Below are positions 57,933-64,000 of a stretch of DNA of 64,000 bases, one piece after another. The position numbers and the translations under genes are program-made. The notes under the pieces are model-generated. The model had not been told where the DNA came from and did not search any database. It saw only the letters and a program-made list of their open reading frames with translations. Each line of letters begins with the position of its first letter. Positions within the stretch are counted from its first letter, which is position 1. This DNA comes from Phoronis australis (taxonomy: Eukaryota > Animalia > Phoronida), in assembly GCA_002633005.1 (NCBI GenBank), contig NMRA01000254.1:430436-494435 (forward strand), in the 5' to 3' direction.

Positions 57933-59341
57933 CTGGTCAGTACAGCTATGTAGGGACCCCTGAGGTGCTATAAAATAATCCACAACAGTTCGACCTTTGT
58001 GACGTCACTGATGTACAGTATAATTATTATTTGCCTAGTCTTAGTCACTTGTGCCGTGTCTGTTTTTCGTAAGGTCAATTACCTCCCTTCTCCCAGCTGA
58101 CCCAACTTGTGATTATAGAAGCCTTCTGAGTCACTAAACTTGTTGAGTTCTCGGGGCAGCGAAGTCTCTGTCGTAATGCGATCGATAGTTAATTCCGAAC
58201 AGTCCACGGTAGATATTGGTGCATTCTTATGAGGGAAACTTCGGTCTTCCGAAGCTTCGCCGAAACTTCAATTACCCTTCCCACTAGACAAGTGTCGACG
58301 TTATTGCTATATGGCGATTCAGTCATCGGATAAAATTTCCAGACGGTGCAGTTCATTCGTACTCTCAAACGAATATTGAGTGATGGGTTCCTGAGAGGCT
58401 AAATGAAAATTGTTCTTTCGCCATTTAAGAGTGTTTATGAAACTGATTAGTGTCGTTCTTCACCAGATGCTTATTATTCTAAATATTTACCAAATGAAAT
58501 GTACCAACCAATTCTTCAATCACCAAGAACACAGTTTGCGGGATAACTATAATCTCATTGTCTAACGTGATCCTACTGTAGATATCGTTGCCGCGACACC
58601 TACCGATAACGTCGTCGAAGACGCCCTCTGACATTTTCCACCACACTGTAATTTCGGTGAGTACCTAAACTTTGCTTTTTTAAATCCTACTATTTTCAGC
58701 GAAGTTTCGATTGCAGATTAAATACCGGAGTTAACTTCCCCACATACCGAAACTTCGTTCCGGAATCCTGAGGACCATGTGTCTACCAATGCGCATGGCG
58801 GTGGGTCCATAATTCACAGCGTTGTATTTAGAGTCCTCATGAGGGTTGGGTGAAACTAATTACTGAGTGGATATGGCATGATGCTATTTAAAATGACAAT
58901 TTTGACACGTACATCTAAAGGAACTATTCAATTTTAATCACGCTTTTGATGTTATAGGTATGCCTAGAACCTGATCGTGTTAAGAACGACTATTGTTGAA
59001 TTTACGATTGTCTTTTGTTGATGCAGTTAATAGTTAATCGTGTCTGGCGTTCGTTAAATATCCATTGACAATATCCAGCTCTTATTTGTTTTCATGAATT
59101 CCCCACTGCTCATCTCCGCTGTTCTGACATTTCTGGTCACTGTACTGGGACAACTAGCAAATGTGTCGCCCAAACAAAACCACTGCGGTTTGAAAACGGT
59201 AATAAATTTTTAATAACATGCGGCTGCCAAAAATGTGAAATATATATACGCAACACAACCAAATAAGGTATTCATGTTCGTTGCCTGAGATCTAGACGTT
59301 GAAGCAGACGATACATGTAGAGCAACTTGTATCCTGACAAA

Positions 59342-59411
59342 ATGACGAAATTTCCATTAGGGTTGAAATTGTGCTTTTTGGCGAAACTTGCATCACTGCT
59401 TTCTGTTGCTG
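59342..59411 (+). CDS. candidate first coding exon of a secreted or membrane protein (signal-peptide-like)
   Basis: aaaATGa, MTKFPLGLKLCFLAKLASLLSVA, then a consensus donor CTG|GTAAGT in phase 1; TATATATA at 59241-59248. No downstream exon identified. Confidence 0.35.
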
Positions 59412-60219
59412 GTAAGTATAGATTAAGGAATTTTCCTTTCTTATTTACGAGTAAACAGATCTGCTCCTGTTGACAGTGATCCTTTGGGTAGATGGAAGAG
59501 AGGATAAAATGAGTTGCGAGATGGATATTTCATCAGTGAATACAGGGGTCTGACATAATTTTCATTTACCTTTATTTTTATGTAACTTTAATGATTTCTA
59601 TTTTGGTATTTACCTGCTATAAATCAACAAACAAAAATGGGTCTCTAAGAATATTTTTTTTTTAATTTGAGTCATTCAAAATTTTTGAATTTACACATTT
59701 TTGAAAGGGACAAAACCGGGTTCACGGCCGAAAATTACATGTTTGAATTACTGTTGTGTGGAATAAACCGCTTGAAGTTATTAGTTTTCACTAGTGCTAT
59801 AAAACAACAAAATCCGTTGTATTTTTGTGAAATCATCACAAATTACCAATTCTCCCCGTTATCTGCTAGACATTTCGAAGGCGTCGAAATCAACTTAATG
59901 ATAGAATTTGCCATTTTATACGTTTAAATCACTCTGCTATTCAACGCCTGGGCTATACAGTGTAGGTCAGCGGCAGAGCGTTTGGATACTACAATGTACT
60001 GTTGAGGTAGTGAGTTTTATTCGGCGCGACTGCTATTTTCTGTCAACTTCTTTTTCATGCCGAGAGTGTAATCTTTCGTGTCCATGTTCGACACAATCAT
60101 CGTCAATTTCTCTGTGACGTTATCGTGTACATTGTTGCTATATAATATATACACGATAATGCCCACTCGGAACATCGCCGGTATTTTCAGTCTCAAATTT
60201 CCAATAGAAGGAGAACATT

Positions 60220-60372
60220 CAGTGGCGGATTTAGAGAGGGGGTCAAGGGGGCCATGACCCCCTAAAATACTCCCAGATTAAATTTGGTAATTCGGGGTGT
60301 AAGTATCTGACGGGCAAGTTCCTGGCTAATACTCTACCCCGACCCCAACTCAAAATCCTGGATCCGCCCCTG
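60220..60372 (+). mobile_element. ~150-bp GC-rich MITE (CAGTGGCGGAT...ATCCGCCCCTG), hAT-like termini
   Basis: Short TIRs; four similar copies in the window; no target-site duplication discernible. Confidence 0.7.
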
Positions 60373-61147
60373 GTCAAGGTTTTGCAGCACCAGCTGAAGC
60401 ATAGAACAGACATTACGTAGTACGTTTTGTTTGAGTAGACTTGAGTACGTGCGGCCGAAATTAATAAAGTGATTAACTCAAACCAGTCTTCAGCCTATCG
60501 TGGCACCGAAAGCTACTAAACACCGGTCAGCGATAACCTGTGCCAGAGTAAACCGCGTGTTCATTATATACATGTAATTCAGTTGCACAGAGATGTGTGC
60601 CGACTAGTACGTTTTATGAATAAAGCGGATAAAAAGACAAATATAGCCGGCACACCCATATTAAAACCGGAATTTCTTTTTTTCTTTTCATTTTTTATTT
60701 CATAAGCTCATTCATTCACATATTCCGATGAGAAAACCAGCCAGTTTCCTATTGTATCTTAAGAGTGCAGTGCACTTCAGACCGGACAAAAAACCACAAA
60801 TGGGTCATACACCCTATGTCACGGATTTGGATCATACTGTGCGTTGCAGTTTACTTTCTTATGCTATATTTCTAAAATGTAGTTTAAACACATCCTACTT
60901 TGATTAGTAGCTTAAAAGTCCGGCGCCTCACTTTTCACTCAAAATATGAGTGTCAAACTTTACCATGAAATCCCATTTTTGTGGTATTGTAAAAATTATA
61001 GAAGCTGTTGGACAGGGAAATAGTTTGAGTTTTGGATTAGCTCATCCATGGTCTCAGTAATAATAGATAGAAATTGGAAATATTGCCTGAAATTTCTGAG
61101 GATAACGTGGTCAAAGAAGCAAAAACACTGAAAACTGATAACAACTC

Positions 61148-61570
61148 CTTACCCAGCAATGTGAACTACAACTTCTGGGAATAGCATTTCAAGCATTTTT
61201 TATGACGATTCATAGAAAGAATGCAAACTGAAACGCGACTATTGTAATGTCATTTGAATTGAATGCAATCAATCTTGTGTAGTACAAGAGAACGTCTGTG
61301 TACATATATATTTATGGGATAACGAGTCTTTACCCTGCATTGAGAACAACAACTCCGAGGCACAGTTTCAAGCATTTTTTCCTGACGCTTCTTGGAAAGA
61401 GTGTAATCTGAAACGCTACTGTTGTGATGTCGGTTAAATTAAATGTAACCAACCTTGCATTTATTTTTCTGATAATGATTCTTTACTCTGCAGTGAGAAC
61501 AACAATGTCAAGGAATAGTTTTCCATGCATTTTTCATGACGATCCTGGAAAGAACGCAAACTGACACGCT
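61148..61570. repeat. degenerate tandem repeat, ~150-180-bp unit, about 2.5 copies
   Basis: TTAC..GCA.TG.GAAC.ACAA...GCATTTTT..TGACG...GAAAGA.....CTGA.ACGC-like blocks near 61148, 61329 and 61482. Confidence 0.65.
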
Positions 61571-61584
61571 TCGGCAATCAGTAA

Positions 61585-63418
61585 CAGTAGCATAGAATAT
61601 GCATTTGAAAACTGCACTCGTCGGACATTGTCACTCAACAGGAAATGTTTGTATACATTATAGATAACTTTTATTCCCCGTCATTATGCAAATAAGAAGT
61701 ACGTGATATAGTTTTTGAAATCGGACACATTTTAGTGTCTCTCATTAATGTCGGGAAGGCAAAAAATTTCAGATCACGCATCTACGGGTATTTCTCCGGT
61801 TCATAAAACTTTTGTTTCAGCCCACAAAACAATACTTAATACTTCGTTACTATAGGAATAACGAATAGAGTAATGCAATCGAGGAAAATAAAGTTTGTTA
61901 AGAATCAGACAACAATAAAAAACATGTGAAACTCCAGTGGCTCGAAAACGAGGCAGCAAATGTCCCTGACGGCATTGTGGGTAAATACAGCGAGATTCGA
62001 GTGTCGCTGTGTAATTCGGAACGGCCCTATTGCCATGAACCGCACGTATATGGTACTAACTGTATGTTTTTAATTCTACTAGTTGTGTGTGCTACGACAG
62101 TACAGTTAATAGCACTGAGAAAGCTATCGAAAAACAATCCTAATAAAACTTCAGCACGTGCATTATACTCAAGTAAACCACCCGCATAAATCCCGAAGGT
62201 TAATGGAGTGATAGGCCTACACTGACGTATTCAGTCCCGACAGTGGCGTTATTTTGAACTCGGGAGATGATTTGTGTGCGGTAAAATTTTGCCCTTCGTT
62301 ATCCGTAGGATTCACAAAGGATTGTAGGTGATACTCAAGCATTAAACTAAGACCGTAAGTTATTTTTTGAAATGCCACTGCTTGAGAGAACGTTTGTCAG
62401 CCGTCCAGCCGGTTTCCGGATTTAGCGCAGCTTAGAAAACTGTAAAAAAGTTACTCAGCTACTTTAAAATTTGAACACACGTAATAGCCGTGTACAGAGA
62501 TTTCATCGCCTACTTCTCTCCGAGCCAGTTCAAAATGTTGACTTGTCTTATACGCTGGCATTTTCCTCCGCCATAATTCTTCGTTTCAAACACCACGGGT
62601 GAGAAACAACATGACCGCCGGTCCTCTTAAATNCATGAACTGCAAGTATATGGTACTAACTGTATGTTTTTAATTCTACTAGTTATGTGTGCTACGACAG
62701 TACAGTTAATAGCACTGAGAAAGCTATCGAAAAACAATCCTAATAAAACTTCAGCACGTGCATTATACTCAAGTAAACCACCCGCATAAATCCCGAAGGT
62801 TAATGGAGTGATAGGCCTACACTGACGTATTCAGTCCCGACAGTGGCGTTATATTGAACTCGGGAGATGATTTGTGTGCGGTAAAATTTTGCCCTTCGTT
62901 ATCCGTAGGATTCACAAAGGATTGTAGGTGATACTCAAGCATTAAACTAAGACCGTAAGTTATTTTTTGAAATGCCACTGCTTGAGAGAACGCTTGTCAG
63001 CCGTCCAGCCGGTTTCCGGATTTAGCGCAGCTTAGAAAACTCAGCTACTTTGAAATTTGAACACACATCTTAGCCGAGTACAGAGATTTCATCGCCTACT
63101 TCTCTCCGAGCCAGTTCAAAATGTTGTCTTGTCTTATACGCTGGCATTTTCCTCCGCCATAATTCTTCGTTTCAAACACTCACTGAAGCCTTGCTATACG
63201 AGGCTACCTAACTTTATAAGCACCTCCTCGCGATGGTCACGTGACACGACAACTCATTTCTCTGACTCCGGCAAGTGTGCAAAAAAGCTCATTAATTGGT
63301 CCAGTCTCATAAAGTTTACCTAAGCAGTGGCGGACTTAGGGGGAGGGGGCAAGGGAGCCATTGCCCCCATAAAATTCTCACAGATTCCATTTGGCAGCTC
63401 GGGGGTGCGAATGTCTGC
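61585..63418 (+). repeat. second copy of 1238-2470, with 62034-62593 represented again at 62634-63180
   Basis: Direct similarity by eye; the internal duplication starts right after a single N (62633). Confidence 0.9.
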
Positions 63419-63432
63419 NGGATCCGCCCCTG
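63325..63432 (+). mobile_element. same ~150-bp MITE family (interrupted by N at 63419)
   Basis: CAGTGGCGGACTTAGG...GGATCCGCCCCTG. Confidence 0.65.
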
Positions 63433-64000
63433 ACATTGTGCGAACTTCAGTCATAAGAAATTTCATTCTCCAACTTGACAGTCACGTGACTTCTTAGACA
63501 TGCGCAAATAACGTCCACCTAATTAGGAGGCGAAACTGGAGGCTACACAAATACCATAGGTGTTCCAAATAATAAAATCGTACGGAGGGCACGAATATTG
63601 TATCTAACGAGCATGCTGGTGTTTGCCACCTACGGAGTTTTGCAGCTATTTTAGCGTCACATAACAAAGTGCAGTTTGCCGTTAAAAGCACGCCAGCCTC
63701 AGAACCTCGACTGCCACACTGCATTTCTTAAGATGGCAATTATGTCACGTTGTTGAGATTTGGAAAAAGTTTACTTGATGTGATTAAACTAACTTCTTCT
63801 TTAATCAATTCAAATTGATCGTTTTTCGACATTAATGGCCTCAAAAACCACTGTTTACTGCGTTATGGCACGTTATTGTTAGGTACGTAACAGCTGGAAA
63901 TAAAACACTTAAAAAAGCTTGTTGTTGATTATATACTTCTCATAACAGGCATTCCAACCAAACGATGCCAATTTCCTGCAAAGTTAAATAACTCTGGCCG

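Overview
Intron-rich, AT-rich animal genomic DNA, probably from a heterozygous invertebrate draft assembly (one 443-N gap, three single-N junctions). Main content: (1) a + strand SLC4 anion exchanger (AE/Band 3 type) reconstructed by hand as 22 phase-consistent GT-AG coding exons (9784-37234, about 1341 aa), plus one or two candidate microexons; (2) a convergent - strand 4-exon Ser/Thr kinase (52082-44720, 236 aa) with kB/GAS-like motifs upstream; (3) a possible signal-peptide first exon of a third gene near 59.3 kb; (4) many non-autonomous DNA transposons. The most unusual observations are a Helentron/DINE-like element carrying ten co-oriented CTCF-like motifs at about 140-bp spacing, a Kolobok derivative whose two arms both copy the THAP-start end, decaying tandem copies of two SLC4 exon ends with their splice donors, and a copy of an SLC4 intron plus splice acceptor inside the neighbouring kinase gene. 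All coordinates and similarities were read by eye; no database searches were run.
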